64,000 nt of DNA from positions 74,522-138,521 of the forward strand of contig JALONK010000003.1 of the NCBI GenBank assembly GCA_025454975.1, written 5' to 3'. Below are positions 40,211-50,685 of this stretch, in pieces; within the stretch, counting starts at the first letter, position 1; every line of letters begins with the position of its first letter. Made by a program: the position numbers and the translations under genes. This DNA is from Bacteroidia bacterium (GTDB lineage: Bacteria > Bacteroidota > Bacteroidia > UKL13-3). The notes below the pieces were generated by a model. That model worked only from the letters and a program-made list of their open reading frames with translations, was not told the origin of the DNA and searched no databases.

Positions 40211-40327
40211 AATAATTTAATTAAGCATGAAACGGCAAGATGCAAAAAATCCTAAAAACGACAAACCATCAGGAAAATTTCCATACTTTTTGTATATCCG
40301 ATATGAACAAGAAAAGGGTAATAAAGT

Positions 40328-40882
40328 TTATCTGATAGGCATAAAGCGCATCTTATAATCAACTTTTACACCACCCTTAGCAATATTGGTAAGTTTATTT
40401 TTAATTAATCTTTTTTTCAGTTCGCTGATATGGTCAATAAATAATACCCCTTTAATATGGTCATATTCATGTTGAATTACCCGAGCAGCAATCCCATCAT
40501 ATACTTCTTCTTGCGGATTAAAGTCAGCATCCACATATTTTATTCTAATTTGTGGGTGACGTTTAACATTTTCGCGTATGTGCGGAATACTTAAACACCC
40601 TTCTTCAAAATCCCACCTTTCTCCTTGCTCCTCAATTATTTCAGCATTGATAAATATTTTTTTAAGCCCGGGATATTTTTCATCTTCAAAACTAGTTGTA
40701 TCAATAATAAACAGGTTGATTGACTTTCCAATTTGTGGAGCGGCCAATCCTACACCATTTGAGGCATACATAGTTTCAAACATGCTTTCTATTAAATCGT
40801 TTAACCCATCATACTCACGTGTTATATGCTGTGCTTTTTTTCTTAATACAGGGTCGCCGTAGGCTACTATCGGATAAATCAT
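40328..40882 (-). CDS. def: Peptide deformylase
   Basis: The three PDF motifs are present: GVGLAAPQIG, EGCLSIP and HEYDHIKG. Confidence 0.95.
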   Translation of the reverse strand: MIYPIVAYGDPVLRKKAQHITREYDGLNDLIESMFETMYASNGVGLAAPQIGKSINLFIIDTTSFEDEKYPGLKKIFINAEIIEEQGERWDFEEGCLSIPHIRENVKRHPQIRIKYVDADFNPQEEVYDGIAARVIQHEYDHIKGVLFIDHISELKKRLIKNKLTNIAKGGVKVDYKMRFMPIR

Positions 40883-40903
40883 TTTTTTATTTATTTAAAA
40901 AAA

Positions 40904-41320
40904 TCAACCATTTAAACTTTGCAGGTACGACTGCAAAATTAAAACGGCACTAAGCTGGTCAATATGTTCCTTTTTTTCTCTGTCCTTTTTTTTCAAGCCC
41001 ATTTGAAACAAAGTTCTTCCTGCTATGGTAGAGGTGAAACGTTCATCAATTCTAAAAATAGGTATTGAAGGGAACTGTTTTTTGAGCAAATTTACAAAAT
41101 TTTCGGTGGGTCGTGTGGCATCTGTTTTTTCTCCATTAAGATTAGTAGGTTTACCAACAACAAAAGCTTCAACCTCTTCTGTAAGCATGTACTTTTGTAC
41201 ATAACTTACTACATCTTTCGGATGTATGGTAGTTAGCGCAGAGGCAATAATTTTCATCGGGTCGGTAACTGCTATACCCAAACGTTTGTTTCCATAATCA
41301 AATGCCATTACTCTAGCCAT
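40904..41320 (-). CDS. ruvX: Holliday-junction resolvase-like protein RuvX/YqgF
   Basis: From the internal Met the protein reads MARVMAFDYGNKRLGIAVTD (RNase H-like catalytic Asp), at about 138 aa. The track ORF start at 41368 overlaps thiL. Confidence 0.88.
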   Translation of the reverse strand: MARVMAFDYGNKRLGIAVTDPMKIIASALTTIHPKDVVSYVQKYMLTEEVEAFVVGKPTNLNGEKTDATRPTENFVNLLKKQFPSIPIFRIDERFTSTIAGRTLFQMGLKKKDREKKEHIDQLSAVLILQSYLQSLNG

Positions 41321-41321
41321 G

Positions 41322-42356
41322 CTAAAACGCTTTCCAACCTTGTGCCTTAAGCGGATGTTTATTACCACTTTTACTAATCATATGTATTCCTTCCTTTTCT
41401 TCACACACATATCCTATTACAGTTATATCAGCATTATCTTTAATTTTTTCGTATTCGCTCTGTGCAATGGTGAATAACAATTCATAATCTTCTCCTCCAC
41501 TCAAAGCAGTTAATGTTGGGTCAATATCAAGCTCTCGTGCCATATTATAAGAGGTAGGATCTATCGGAATTTTATCTTCATACAAATACATACCAGTTTT
41601 AGCATTCGCACATAAATGAAAAATTTCTGAGGAAAGACCGTCACTAATATCAATCATGCTGGTAGGCTTAATATTTAGGTGTTTTAGCATCAGCACTATA
41701 TCTTTTCTCGCTTCAGGTTTTAACTGACGTTCAATGATATAATCTTTCCCTTCTAAATCAGGTTGTATTTCAGGGTTGGCAAGGTAAACCCGCTTTTCAC
41801 GTTCCAATAATTGAAAGCCGGTATAGGCAGCGCCAAGGTCGCCGGTAACACAAAGTAAATCCCCGGGTTTAGCCCCATTCCGATATACAATATCATCAGC
41901 CTCAGCTTCGCCAATCGCTGTTACACTTATCACAAGTCCTTGTTTTGATGAGCTTGTATCACCACCAACTAAATCAACTTCATAACGATTACAAGCAAAT
42001 AACATACCTGCATATAACTCTTCAACAGCCTCAAGAGTAAATTTGCTGCTTATACCAATAGAAACTGTAACCTGTTTAGGCATGGCATTCATGGCATAAA
42101 TATCACTTAGGTTAGATGTAATTGCTTTATAACCTAAATGTTTTAAAGGAAAATAACTCAAATCAAAATGAATACCTTCTAAGAGTAAATCAGTACTTAT
42201 CAAGGTTTTTAAGTTTCCGTGATCAATTACTGCAGCGTCGTCGCCCACTCCTTTTTGGGTTGATGAATGATGTATTTTAATGGATGAGGTTAATAAATCT
42301 ATTAAGCCGAATTCTCCAATATTTTCTAATGTAGTGGTGGATTGATTCTCGAGCAT
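41322..42356 (-). CDS. thiL: Thiamine-monophosphate kinase
   Basis: An AIR-synthase-related N-terminal region is present (GVGDDAAVIDHGNLKTLISTDLLLEGIHF … YKAITSNLSDIYAMNA), and the size matches ThiL. Confidence 0.85.
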   Translation of the reverse strand: MLENQSTTTLENIGEFGLIDLLTSSIKIHHSSTQKGVGDDAAVIDHGNLKTLISTDLLLEGIHFDLSYFPLKHLGYKAITSNLSDIYAMNAMPKQVTVSIGISSKFTLEAVEELYAGMLFACNRYEVDLVGGDTSSSKQGLVISVTAIGEAEADDIVYRNGAKPGDLLCVTGDLGAAYTGFQLLEREKRVYLANPEIQPDLEGKDYIIERQLKPEARKDIVLMLKHLNIKPTSMIDISDGLSSEIFHLCANAKTGMYLYEDKIPIDPTSYNMARELDIDPTLTALSGGEDYELLFTIAQSEYEKIKDNADITVIGYVCEEKEGIHMISKSGNKHPLKAQGWKAF

Positions 42357-42374
42357 GAGTAAATTATTGTTGGA

Positions 42375-42905
42375 TTAACGCAAACGGTCAGCACTTCTAA
42401 CTAATTCTTCATCCCTTCTAATAAAAATAAAGGCTCGAAAGTTTAAGTATAACATAAACATGATCATAGCCAATCCTACACTTGCTTTGATAGTCATATT
42501 ACTAAAAGAGAAATCCGGAATTTGTGTAAAAGCTTTCCCAATAATTGCCGATAGGTAAGCTAAAATGATAACGAAATTAATTTTAACGTGAAGCATTTGC
42601 TTTTTCCTGTTTTTGTAGCCGAATATTACATTTAACGTCCAGCCAACCAATATGGAAACAATCAGAATCAATCCGTATTGAATTTTACTTTCACTTAAAA
42701 CTCCATTGGTATAAGTATTAAAATAAATAGCATTTAAGGTATAGCTCACGGCTTTACCATTTACTTGAACAGTGTCATTTGTTCCTTCAATGGTGGCAGT
42801 TCCGGGAGCCATTCGCACTTGATAATCAATAAACTGTCCGGTGCAGGTTAATAGTGCAAAAATAATAATACCTAATAAATATAAGGATTGAACTCTTTGT
42901 ATCAT
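42375..42905 (-). CDS. Hypothetical membrane protein (4 predicted TM)
   Basis: Hydrophobicity only. It is the first gene of the thiL-ruvX-def leftward gene string. Confidence 0.5.
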   Translation of the reverse strand: MIQRVQSLYLLGIIIFALLTCTGQFIDYQVRMAPGTATIEGTNDTVQVNGKAVSYTLNAIYFNTYTNGVLSESKIQYGLILIVSILVGWTLNVIFGYKNRKKQMLHVKINFVIILAYLSAIIGKAFTQIPDFSFSNMTIKASVGLAMIMFMLYLNFRAFIFIRRDEELVRSADRLR

Positions 42906-43006
42906 AATATACGACTAATAATGCTGCGAATGTACCGCAAAATTTCTATTAATGGAAAGTTTGATACATTTGCAACCATATTGCATAACATATAAATAAG
43001 CAAGGC

Positions 43007-44206
43007 ATGAAAACAGTATATATTATAGATGCGGTTCGAACACCAATTGGCAAATATGCGGGAACACTTAGCACAATTCGCCCGGATGATTTAGCAGCCA
43101 TAACCATAAAAGCCTTATTAGATCGCAACCCGAGCTTGCCAATTGATCTCATTGAAGATATTATTTTAGGAGCAGCAAACCAGGCAGGTGAAGACAATAG
43201 GAATGTTGCACGCATGGCAGGATTGTTGGCAGGAGTTCCTGTAACAACCGGAGGCAACACTGTTAATCGTTTATGTGCATCGGGTTTACAAGCTATTGTT
43301 GATGCCAGTCGCAGTATAGCATGTGATGATGGGGATGTTTATTTAGCAGGAGGTGTTGAAAGCATGACTCGTGCTCCATTTGTTATGGCAAAATCGGAAA
43401 GTGCATTTGGGAGAACTCCTGAAATTTATGATACTACCATCGGATGGCGGTTTACAAATAAAAAATTATCAGCTTTATATCATCCTTATGCTATGGGCGA
43501 AACTGCTGAAAATGTTGCTGAACAATGGAAAATTAGCAGAGAAGAACAAGATGAGTTTGCATATCAATCACAAATCAAATATAAACGGGCTCATGAATTA
43601 AATCGTTTTGCCGAGGAACTTGTTAGTGTAGAAATTCCGCAAAAAAAAGGAGATTCATTGTTTTTCAATAAAGATGAACATCCCAGGGAAAGTAGCATAG
43701 CTGAATTAGCGAAATTGAAACCGGCATTTAAAAAAGATGGAACAGTAACAGCAGGAAATTCGAGTGGAGTGAATGACGGAGCGAGTGCCTTAATTTTAGT
43801 GAGTGAAGATATAGTAAAAAAACACAATTTAACCCCGATGGCTAGGGTTGTTTCAAGGGGTGTGGCTGGTGTTGACCCTTCAATTATGGGAGTAGGTCCG
43901 GTTCCGGCTACACAAAAAGCGTTAAAAAGAGCCGGCCTAACAATAGGTGATGTTGGTTTAATGGAATTAAACGAAGCCTTTGCTTCTCAAAGTATAGCAT
44001 GTATGCGCGATTTAGCAGTAAATCCTGAAATAGTAAATGTAAACGGAGGAGCTATTGCATTAGGTCACCCGCTAGGTTGTAGCGGAGCAAGAATAACAAC
44101 AACGTTATTACACGAAATGAAAAAACGTAAAGTAAAATATGGGGTGGCCACTATGTGTATAGGTGTTGGACAAGGAGTTGCAGTAGTTTATGAAAACCTG
44201 ATTTAA
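43007..44206 (+). CDS. Acetyl-CoA C-acyltransferase (thiolase II / 3-ketoacyl-CoA thiolase)
   Basis: The acyl-enzyme Cys (NRLCASGLQAI) and the catalytic His/Cys blocks (GHPLGCSGARI, CIGVGQG) are present. The protein is 399 aa. Confidence 0.9.
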   Translation: MKTVYIIDAVRTPIGKYAGTLSTIRPDDLAAITIKALLDRNPSLPIDLIEDIILGAANQAGEDNRNVARMAGLLAGVPVTTGGNTVNRLCASGLQAIVDASRSIACDDGDVYLAGGVESMTRAPFVMAKSESAFGRTPEIYDTTIGWRFTNKKLSALYHPYAMGETAENVAEQWKISREEQDEFAYQSQIKYKRAHELNRFAEELVSVEIPQKKGDSLFFNKDEHPRESSIAELAKLKPAFKKDGTVTAGNSSGVNDGASALILVSEDIVKKHNLTPMARVVSRGVAGVDPSIMGVGPVPATQKALKRAGLTIGDVGLMELNEAFASQSIACMRDLAVNPEIVNVNGGAIALGHPLGCSGARITTTLLHEMKKRKVKYGVATMCIGVGQGVAVVYENLI

Positions 44207-44215
44207 TCACTTGAG

Positions 44216-44989
44216 ATGCCCTTTAGATATGCACTAAAACTTGCCTATAATGGGCGTATGTATAATGGCTGGCAAAAACAGCAAAATGCCATTGGGGTGC
44301 AAGCTGTTATTGAAGAAAAACTAAGCATGCTTTTACACGAACAGATAGAAATAGTTGGGTGTGGGCGCACAGATACCGGGGTTCATGCAAAAGTTTATTA
44401 TGCTCATTTCGATGTGCTTAAACCTTTAAACAATGCCGACAAAATAATATTTAAACTAAATCAAATTTTAAACCCTTCAATTGCTTTTTATGAATGTGTG
44501 CAGGTAGCTGACCATTTTAACGCCAGATTTGATGCTGAATGGCGCGAATACCAATACTTTATTGCTACAACCCCTAACCCATTTACTACTGAGTATACTT
44601 GGTATAGATATGGCAAATTAAGGGTTGATTTAATGAACGAAGCCGCAAAACTTTTTATTGGTGAGCATGATTTTGAGTGTTTCAGTAAGGTGCATACACA
44701 GGTAAATAATTTTTTTTGTAACGTGATGCATGCCGAGTGGACAGAGACCGAAACAAACTTGATATTTACAATAAAGGCAAATCGTTTCTTAAGAAATATG
44801 GTAAGGGCTATAGTAGGCACGTTAGTAGAAGTTGGACAAGAAAAAATAAACTTATCAGATGTTAAAAAAATAATGGAAAGCAAGAATAGAAGTGAAGCTG
44901 GTAAAAGTGTTCCAGCACAAGCTTTGTTTTTGACAAACGTGGTATATCCCGTGCATAAACTACCCGAATCTAACACACTAATGCGTTAA
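44216..44989 (+). CDS. truA: tRNA pseudouridine(38-40) synthase
   Basis: The catalytic motif GCGRTDTGVHA is present and the fold is TruA-length. Confidence 0.9.
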   Translation: MPFRYALKLAYNGRMYNGWQKQQNAIGVQAVIEEKLSMLLHEQIEIVGCGRTDTGVHAKVYYAHFDVLKPLNNADKIIFKLNQILNPSIAFYECVQVADHFNARFDAEWREYQYFIATTPNPFTTEYTWYRYGKLRVDLMNEAAKLFIGEHDFECFSKVHTQVNNFFCNVMHAEWTETETNLIFTIKANRFLRNMVRAIVGTLVEVGQEKINLSDVKKIMESKNRSEAGKSVPAQALFLTNVVYPVHKLPESNTLMR

Positions 44990-45014
44990 ATTAAATTTAA
45001 CTTGCACGCAGTAC

Positions 45015-46799
45015 ATGGACGCATCCAACCCAAAAACTACCGATAACAAAAAGCCTTATATTGATTTGGCCCTGCTTAAACGTATTTTTAGTTTAGCGGT
45101 TCCATATAAGAATAAATTTTTGTTAGCCGCCTTGCTTACCTTGGCTATTGCAGCAATTGGACCGCTCCGTCCAATTTTAGTTCAATATACGATCGACGAA
45201 TTTATCAGTAAAAAAGATGGTTCAGGATTATTACAAATGGGTATACTATTATTAATTATGCTAATCATACAAGCCGGATTTCAAACTTGGGCAACTATTC
45301 TTACCAATTATTTAGGTCAACAAGTAATTTTAGATTTAAGGATGAATGTGTATGACTATTTAACAGGCCTTAGGATGTTGTTTTATGATAAAACTCCTGT
45401 TGGAACATTAGTAACACGAACGGTAAATGATATAGAAACTATAGCAGATGTTTTTAGCGAAGGACTTATTAATATATCAGGCGATTTATTACAAATTATT
45501 TTCATTTTAGGATTTATGTTCTCAATAAACTGGGAATTATCATTGATTAGTTTGTCGGTACTACCTTTTTTATTGTATGCAGGATACATATTTAAAGAAA
45601 AAGTGAGGGTAAGTTTTGAAGATGTTAGGACACAGGTTGCAAAATTAAATACGTTTGTACAGGAGCACATACAGGGGATGCTCGTGGTGCAACTGTTTAA
45701 TCGCGAACAAGATGAGTTTAAAAAGTTTGAACAAATAAATCAGGAACACCGTGATGCCAATATAAAATCAGTAATGTACTATTCTGTCTTTTTCCCGGTA
45801 GTAGAGTTAATTGCAGCGGTCTCAACTTCACTGATTGTATGGTATGGGGCTAAAGAAGTGCTTCAACAAGAAGCATCCATAGGTATCATCACCTCATTTA
45901 TCATGTACATTAACATGTTTTTTCGCCCAATTCGTCAATTAGCCGATCGTTTTAACACCATGCAAATGGGTATGGTGGCAGCCGATCGTATTTTCAAATT
46001 AATTGATGACGAACAACATTTAGAGCCAACAGGAAAAGAAAAATCTGGTGATATTAAGGGGGAAATTGTATTTGAGAATATTTCTTTTGCCTACCAGCAG
46101 GATCACTATGTTTTACAAGATATAAACCTTCATGTAAAGCCCGGACAAACCGTAGCCTTGGTTGGGGCAACAGGTTCAGGTAAAAGCAGCATCATTAATT
46201 TATTAAGCAGGTTTTACGAATGGCAACAAGGTGATATTTATATTGACGGTATATCAATAAAAGAATTTGACATAAAAGAACTTCGTTCAAAGATGGCAAT
46301 TGTTCTTCAAGATGTGTTTTTATTTAATGGAACTGTAATGGAAAACATTAAACTTAACAACTCATCAATTTCAGACGACACAGTAATTGCCGCTGCTAAG
46401 AGCCTAGGAGCACATGAGTTTATTGCCCAGCTTCCTTTAGGTTACCAACAACCTGTTCAAGAAAGAGGTAGTAGTTTATCTGTTGGACAAAGGCAGTTAA
46501 TTTCATTTGTACGAGCAATGGTTACCAATCCAGCCATTTTAATATTAGATGAGGCGACTTCTTCTGTTGATCACGAAACAGAACTTATAATTCAACAAGC
46601 CATTGAGCAGATGATGAAAGGACGAACAGCCATTGTAATAGCGCATCGTTTAAGTACTATTCAATTTGCAGATGATATTATAGTTTTACATAACGGCAAG
46701 ATTATTGAAAGAGGAAACCATGATAACTTAATTACTCAGCAAGGTTATTATAAAAACTTATACGAACTCCAATTTTTACAAAATGAGGTTAAACATTAA
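45015..46799 (+). CDS. ABC exporter, fused permease/ATPase (MsbA-like type I exporter)
   Basis: A 6-TM N-terminal domain is followed by Walker A (GATGSGKSS), the signature LSVGQRQ, Walker B (ILILDEAT) and an H-loop. Confidence 0.9.
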   Translation: MDASNPKTTDNKKPYIDLALLKRIFSLAVPYKNKFLLAALLTLAIAAIGPLRPILVQYTIDEFISKKDGSGLLQMGILLLIMLIIQAGFQTWATILTNYLGQQVILDLRMNVYDYLTGLRMLFYDKTPVGTLVTRTVNDIETIADVFSEGLINISGDLLQIIFILGFMFSINWELSLISLSVLPFLLYAGYIFKEKVRVSFEDVRTQVAKLNTFVQEHIQGMLVVQLFNREQDEFKKFEQINQEHRDANIKSVMYYSVFFPVVELIAAVSTSLIVWYGAKEVLQQEASIGIITSFIMYINMFFRPIRQLADRFNTMQMGMVAADRIFKLIDDEQHLEPTGKEKSGDIKGEIVFENISFAYQQDHYVLQDINLHVKPGQTVALVGATGSGKSSIINLLSRFYEWQQGDIYIDGISIKEFDIKELRSKMAIVLQDVFLFNGTVMENIKLNNSSISDDTVIAAAKSLGAHEFIAQLPLGYQQPVQERGSSLSVGQRQLISFVRAMVTNPAILILDEATSSVDHETELIIQQAIEQMMKGRTAIVIAHRLSTIQFADDIIVLHNGKIIERGNHDNLITQQGYYKNLYELQFLQNEVKH

Positions 46800-48084
46800 G
46801 CTATTTATACTTTTAATTGTTACTAGTTGTTTTAGTGCACAGTTGCAGGCCAAAGAAGGAATTGTTATCGACAGCCTTGTTGAAGTTCTTGCCAAGGTAA
46901 AAGGTAAAAAGAGAGTAGATGTATATAACCAAATAGCCTATGAATATAAAAATGTAGACATTCAAAAAACTGCATTTTATGCTGATTCGTCGATTTGGTT
47001 GGCTAATGAACTTAAATATAAAGACGGCGAAGCCGCCGGTTATGTAAATCGTGCCATATTTTATAAGTTTAAGGGTGATACTACCAATGCCAGGTCGTGT
47101 TTAGTTTGGGCATATGCGATGAACTCCTCAAATAATAATATAAAAGGATTATCATCAACTTTAAACGGATTAGGCAGTTTAAACATGATGCAAGGAAGAT
47201 TGAAAGCTGCCTTAAGTTGTTTCTTATCATCTCTAAAATTATCTGAGCAGATTAACGACAAAATGGGCATGGCCCGAACATTGAATAATATTGGTGTTAT
47301 TAATCTTGAGCTAAAAAATTACAGTAAAGCCCTTGAATATTATGAAAGAGCATACTACAACCTTAAAGAAGTGAACGATGAAAACAGTATGGCTGATGCT
47401 TTAAATAATATTGGAAATGTTTATCACCTGCTTGGAATTAATGAAGAATCACTCAAGTATTATTTTAAAGCTCTTGAAATAAATAATCGGTTGGGCGACC
47501 TTAGAGATAAATCTGCTAACCTAACCAATATTGGTATTGCCTATTATAAGGATAAACAATATAAAACCGCCTTAAAATACCATTTAGAATCATTGGCTTT
47601 AGACGAAAAAGTTGGCGATCAACAGTCAATTGCAATTGCATGTAATAATCTAGCCAATTGTTATATCGAACTTGGAATGTACTTCGCAGCGCGCAAATAC
47701 GCTTTACGTTCGGCCTCCATCTCTCAAACCTATAATTCTCAAGGCGATTTAATGATATCATTTTTATCATTATATACTATAGAAGATAAGTTAGGTAATT
47801 ATAAAGAAGCCTTAGATTATTATAAATTATATAACACTATTAATGATTCGCTGTATAGTCAAGAAATACGAAATCAATTAGAATTGATGGAGCAGCAATA
47901 TCAGGCAGAGAAAACAGAAAATGAAAAGTTATTGAGGGAATTAGATAAAGAAGGTGCAAATCAACCCAAGGGATTTACCGGAGAAATGAAACGTCAAATT
48001 CAAATCTTTACGATTGTACTTGTTTCATTTGTAACCCTTGTATTTATTATATTCTTTATTATACGTAAAAATAAACGTTCTTAA
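46783..48084 (+). CDS. TPR-repeat protein with N-terminal signal peptide, C-terminal coiled coil and single C-terminal TM anchor
   Basis: Repeated LNNIG(N/V)(V/I)Y/…ALEYY…A TPR units run through the body. The C-terminus has …ELMEQQYQAEKTENEKLLREL… followed by the hydrophobic stretch IQIFTIVLVSFVTLVFIIFFII and then RKNKRS. The gene overlaps the ABC exporter gene by 17 nt. Confidence 0.65.
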   Translation: MRLNIKLFILLIVTSCFSAQLQAKEGIVIDSLVEVLAKVKGKKRVDVYNQIAYEYKNVDIQKTAFYADSSIWLANELKYKDGEAAGYVNRAIFYKFKGDTTNARSCLVWAYAMNSSNNNIKGLSSTLNGLGSLNMMQGRLKAALSCFLSSLKLSEQINDKMGMARTLNNIGVINLELKNYSKALEYYERAYYNLKEVNDENSMADALNNIGNVYHLLGINEESLKYYFKALEINNRLGDLRDKSANLTNIGIAYYKDKQYKTALKYHLESLALDEKVGDQQSIAIACNNLANCYIELGMYFAARKYALRSASISQTYNSQGDLMISFLSLYTIEDKLGNYKEALDYYKLYNTINDSLYSQEIRNQLELMEQQYQAEKTENEKLLRELDKEGANQPKGFTGEMKRQIQIFTIVLVSFVTLVFIIFFIIRKNKRS

Positions 48085-48192
48085 TTTTAAGTAATAAAAG
48101 ATAAAGCGTATTTGATTTTGGTGGTTTTTGTTTAAAAATGTTCATATTTGCGCCACATTTATCATTACACAAATTAATTCAATACTAAACAC

Positions 48193-49077
48193 ATGGCAGT
48201 ATTAGTTGACAAAAATTCAAGGGTTATCGTACAGGGCTTTACAGGCAGTGAAGGCACCTTTCATGCTCAGCAAATGATTGAATATGGAACCAATTTGGTT
48301 GGTGGAGTTACACCGGGTAAAGGTGGTCAATCACACCTTGATCGTCCGGTATTTAACACCGTGGCTGAAGCCGTTGAAAAGGCACAGGCTAATACTTCAA
48401 TCATATTTGTACCACCGGCATTTGCTGCTGATGCAATAATGGAAGCTGCCGACGCAGGGATAAAAGTAATTATTTGTATTACAGAAGGCATACCTGTTAA
48501 AGATATGATTCCTGTAAAAGAATATATTAAAGGAAAAGATTGCGTACTAATCGGACCAAACTGTCCAGGAGTTATTACTCCGGGCCAAGCTAAAGTTGGT
48601 ATTATGCCCGGTTTCGTATTTAAATCAGGTAGAATCGGTATTGTGTCTAAATCAGGCACATTAACTTACGAAGCTGCCGATCAGGTTGTTAAAGCCGGAT
48701 TAGGCATTTCTACCGCTATCGGTATTGGTGGAGATCCAATTATTGGAACACCAACCAAATATGCAGTAGAAATGTTAATGAATGATCCTGAAACGGATGC
48801 TATCATTATGATCGGAGAAATTGGGGGAAGTTATGAAGCTGATGCTGCCCGTTGGATTAAAGCTGATGGAAACAAAAAACCTGTTGTTGGGTTTATCGCA
48901 GGACAAACAGCACCTCCAGGCAGAAGAATGGGTCATGCCGGAGCTATTATCGGAGGAAAAGATGATACTGCGGCAGCTAAAATGGCCATTATGCGCGAGT
49001 GCGGTTTACACGTAGTAGAATCACCTGCCGAGATTGGTTCGAAAATGGCCGAAATACTTGGAGCTTCGTCGAAATAA
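48193..49077 (+). CDS. sucD: Succinate--CoA ligase [ADP-forming] subunit alpha
   Basis: The N-terminus reads [24 protein letters not shown], and the phospho-His region …MGHAGAII… is present. The protein is 294 aa. Confidence 0.95.
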   Translation: MAVLVDKNSRVIVQGFTGSEGTFHAQQMIEYGTNLVGGVTPGKGGQSHLDRPVFNTVAEAVEKAQANTSIIFVPPAFAADAIMEAADAGIKVIICITEGIPVKDMIPVKEYIKGKDCVLIGPNCPGVITPGQAKVGIMPGFVFKSGRIGIVSKSGTLTYEAADQVVKAGLGISTAIGIGGDPIIGTPTKYAVEMLMNDPETDAIIMIGEIGGSYEADAARWIKADGNKKPVVGFIAGQTAPPGRRMGHAGAIIGGKDDTAAAKMAIMRECGLHVVESPAEIGSKMAEILGASSK

Positions 49078-49096
49078 TCGAAAATTTAAAGCATAT

Positions 49097-49133
49097 AAAA
49101 AATCCCTGAACTCAAATTCAGGGATTTTTTTTG
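49097..49133. terminator. Bidirectional rho-independent terminator (AAAAAATCCCTGAACTCAAATTCAGGGATTTTTTTT)
   Basis: A 10-bp stem is flanked by A- and T-runs. It sits between sucD (+) and the convergent reductase gene (-). Confidence 0.7.
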
Positions 49134-49137
49134 TCCC

Positions 49138-50388
49138 TTAATCATTAAACAACAACTTTATATAAAATAACGGATTTCGTAGTTTAGCCCTTAAATCAAG
49201 ATCTTCAAACATACAACTAATCGTTTCGCGTAAGGCTTTATTTTTATGAGCCTTATTTACAACAAAATTAAACAACCAAGGATACTTGCAAAGTTTTTGC
49301 ATGGTGTGGCTCAACTTAAGTTCATCCCACTGTCGGTCGTAAAAAGCAGTATCATACTTACTCAAAAAATCAGCGCTAAACTGATTGGTTTTTATGGCCT
49401 CTTCTATTACATCAGCTGCCATCATTCCGCTATATAAAGCGTTTCCGATACCCTCGCCTGTAAATGGATCAATTAGCGAACCTGCATCACCTGTTAATAA
49501 AAATCCATTACCGCTTAGTTTTCTTTTTTTACTTCCTAGCGGCAATCCCCAACCTTCAATTGTTCCTTCTAGGGTAGCATTTTTAAACCGGTCTCTGATA
49601 TTCGGATTTTCTTTAATGGCTTTAAGCATATCAGTACGTAAATTTACTTTTCGGTTACTCACCTCCTTGGTAAGCATTCCCGCACCCACATTAGCCTTGC
49701 CATTTGGAAGGGGGAAAATCCAAAAATAACCTGGTAATAACTCATTCAAAAAGTGCAATTCAATAAAATTTTGCTGATGCATACCGGTTACTCCCGAGTA
49801 ATATGCACGTATTCCGGCGCAATAGTGGTTATTCTCTTTATGAATGTCGCCTAACTTTTTAGCCACAATACTTCTATCACCTTCGGCACCTATAATTAAT
49901 TTAACGTTATCAATGGTTATTGTTTTTCCGTCTTTTTGGTAAACCACTGTTCCTTCACGCTGATGATTATCATAACTAACTTGTGTAACCTTTGCTCCTT
50001 CAATTACCTCTGCAAAACGTTTATCCAAACGATTAAACAAAGTATGGTCAAAATCTATTCGTTTACTGATAAATCCGGGAGGAGCCGACTCTTTGCTCAT
50101 ATCTTGTTTAAACGGGATATCTATTGCTTTCCCATTTGGAGCAACAAACTTAACGCCCCAACTATCAATAAAATCAACTTTATTGGTTGCATAACTTTGA
50201 ATAATTGTTGGATCTAATTTATTTAGAACATAAACAGTTTTTCCACTCAATGCATCTCCACAAACCTTATCTCTTGGGAAAGTGGCTTTGTCTAAAATAG
50301 TATGGGGTATACCCTTGGATGCTAAAAATAAAGATGTTGAACAGCCGGCCGGACCTGCACCAATGATTACAATATGTTGTTTGTTCAC
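49138..50388 (-). CDS. Geranylgeranyl-reductase-family FAD-dependent oxidoreductase
   Basis: An FAD Rossmann motif is present (IVIIGAGPAGCSTSLFLA) with …DKVCGDALSG…. The protein is 416 aa. Confidence 0.75.
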   Translation of the reverse strand: MNKQHIVIIGAGPAGCSTSLFLASKGIPHTILDKATFPRDKVCGDALSGKTVYVLNKLDPTIIQSYATNKVDFIDSWGVKFVAPNGKAIDIPFKQDMSKESAPPGFISKRIDFDHTLFNRLDKRFAEVIEGAKVTQVSYDNHQREGTVVYQKDGKTITIDNVKLIIGAEGDRSIVAKKLGDIHKENNHYCAGIRAYYSGVTGMHQQNFIELHFLNELLPGYFWIFPLPNGKANVGAGMLTKEVSNRKVNLRTDMLKAIKENPNIRDRFKNATLEGTIEGWGLPLGSKKRKLSGNGFLLTGDAGSLIDPFTGEGIGNALYSGMMAADVIEEAIKTNQFSADFLSKYDTAFYDRQWDELKLSHTMQKLCKYPWLFNFVVNKAHKNKALRETISCMFEDLDLRAKLRNPLFYIKLLFND

Positions 50389-50685
50389 TTTTGCAAAATG
50401 TAATAAGGCTACAAGTATAAGCGATTACATGTAAAAGTGCTTGTAAAATAATGACAGCAATAAAGAGTGGAATGGCAGACGAGTTACCGATAAATAACAA
50501 TTATTAACCTAATTGAATACCCATTAACTTATTTGAAAATAACATTATAACACGCTATTTAACTGGTGTTTACGTAATTTATTCAAAAACTTCTAAACCG
50601 AACACCCTACTAAATCGTTTTTTTATTATTAAACATGCCATCCGTCATTGTGTCAATGGCTTGATTTTTGGTATTTTCGTTGCAC

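Noticed and set aside
48327-48659. 110-aa minus-strand ORF inside sucD
   Set aside because: It is antisense within sucD and Pro/Gly-rich from the GC-rich codon third positions of sucD. It is spurious.
43031-49040. tRNA-like GGTTCGAA motifs at ~43031 and ~49031
   Set aside because: Both lie inside strongly supported CDSs (thiolase, sucD). Neither has an acceptor stem or anticodon arm around it.
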